DNA from: Chiloscyllium plagiosum
Taxonomy: Eukaryota
Reading direction: 5' to 3'
Assembly: GCF_004010195.1 (NCBI RefSeq)
Contig: NC_057720.1
Span: 17,076,617 to 17,096,616, forward strand
DNA: 20,000 bases
Under the pieces are notes generated by a model. The model ran no database searches. It saw only the letters and a list, made by a program, of their open reading frames with translations, and was not told the origin of the DNA. Below, in pieces: positions 19,468 through 20,000 of this stretch. A program made the translations under genes and the position numbers. Within the stretch, counting starts at the first letter, position 1. Every line of letters begins with the position of its first letter.

Positions 19468-20000
19468 TCCAACTACACCACGTACATGCACGCCAAGAAC
19501 AAAAAACTGGAGAAGCTTGGCATTCTCACCAGTAATAGCAAAGCCCGCCCTGGAACCACAGTAGACAACATTATCACTGGGGGAAGTCTATTGTCAACTT
19601 ATCGGACCACACCCTTCGACCAGAAGAGATTGAAATCCTGAGTAGGGGACTCAACTTCTGCCCCACCACCAAAATGGACCCGTTGGTTCTGGCAGCAGAC
19701 ACAGAGGAGTTCATCAGACGAATGAGACTCCGGGAATTCTTTCAAGGTGCCGGCAGTGATCCCACTGATGAACTAGAACAGTCATCACAGGGATCTGTAG
19801 AGGAGCGACCAAAGAAGGTGTCAACTTGGACACCACCGGAGGGCCGCTGCCCTGGGCTTGACATGTATGCTCAAACTGTCAGGAAATATATAAATGCCAG
19901 TTCATCAGCCGTACCCATAACGTAGAGCAAAACATCACCCGTTCCCAACGCAATGCCATCCAGGCTCTCAAAACCAATGACAACATTGTCATCAAACCAG
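19468..20000 (+). mobile_element. Penelope-like retroelement ORF, N-terminal part, frameshifted, runs off the window
   Basis: KSIVNLSDHTLRPEEIEILSRGLNFCP (from 19584), FIRRMRLREFF, WTPP, then after a frameshift near 19899 NITRSQRNAIQALKTNDNIVIKP. This is the hallmark stretch preceding the (A)DKG motif of PLE reverse transcriptases. Confidence 0.88.

Overview
Repeat-dense vertebrate genomic DNA, most likely from a cartilaginous fish (shark). This is inferred from HE1-like V-SINEs, HER1/CR1 LINEs with (TTCTATG)n tails and a SacSINE1-like DeuSINE. There is a 497-N gap at 1984-2480. Most ORFs in the track are pieces of transposons or low-complexity repeats. The window holds nested CR1 LINEs of several ages, tRNA-derived SINEs, a Tc/mariner (Tc2-like) non-autonomous DNA transposon, a probable solo LTR interrupted by a purine-rich repeat, and the 5' part of a frameshifted Penelope-like (PLE) ORF at the right edge. 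The most notable signals are: (1) seven short PLE-terminal insertions, most retaining all or part of a degenerate minimal hammerhead-ribozyme motif, some folded into long inverted repeats, six flanked by target duplications of 8-81 bp; (2) several templated local copy events at transposon junctions; (3) a phase-compatible chain of small candidate + strand exons of an unidentified host gene. I see no evidence of a wholly new system. Repeat family names come from recalled motif similarity, not from database searches.
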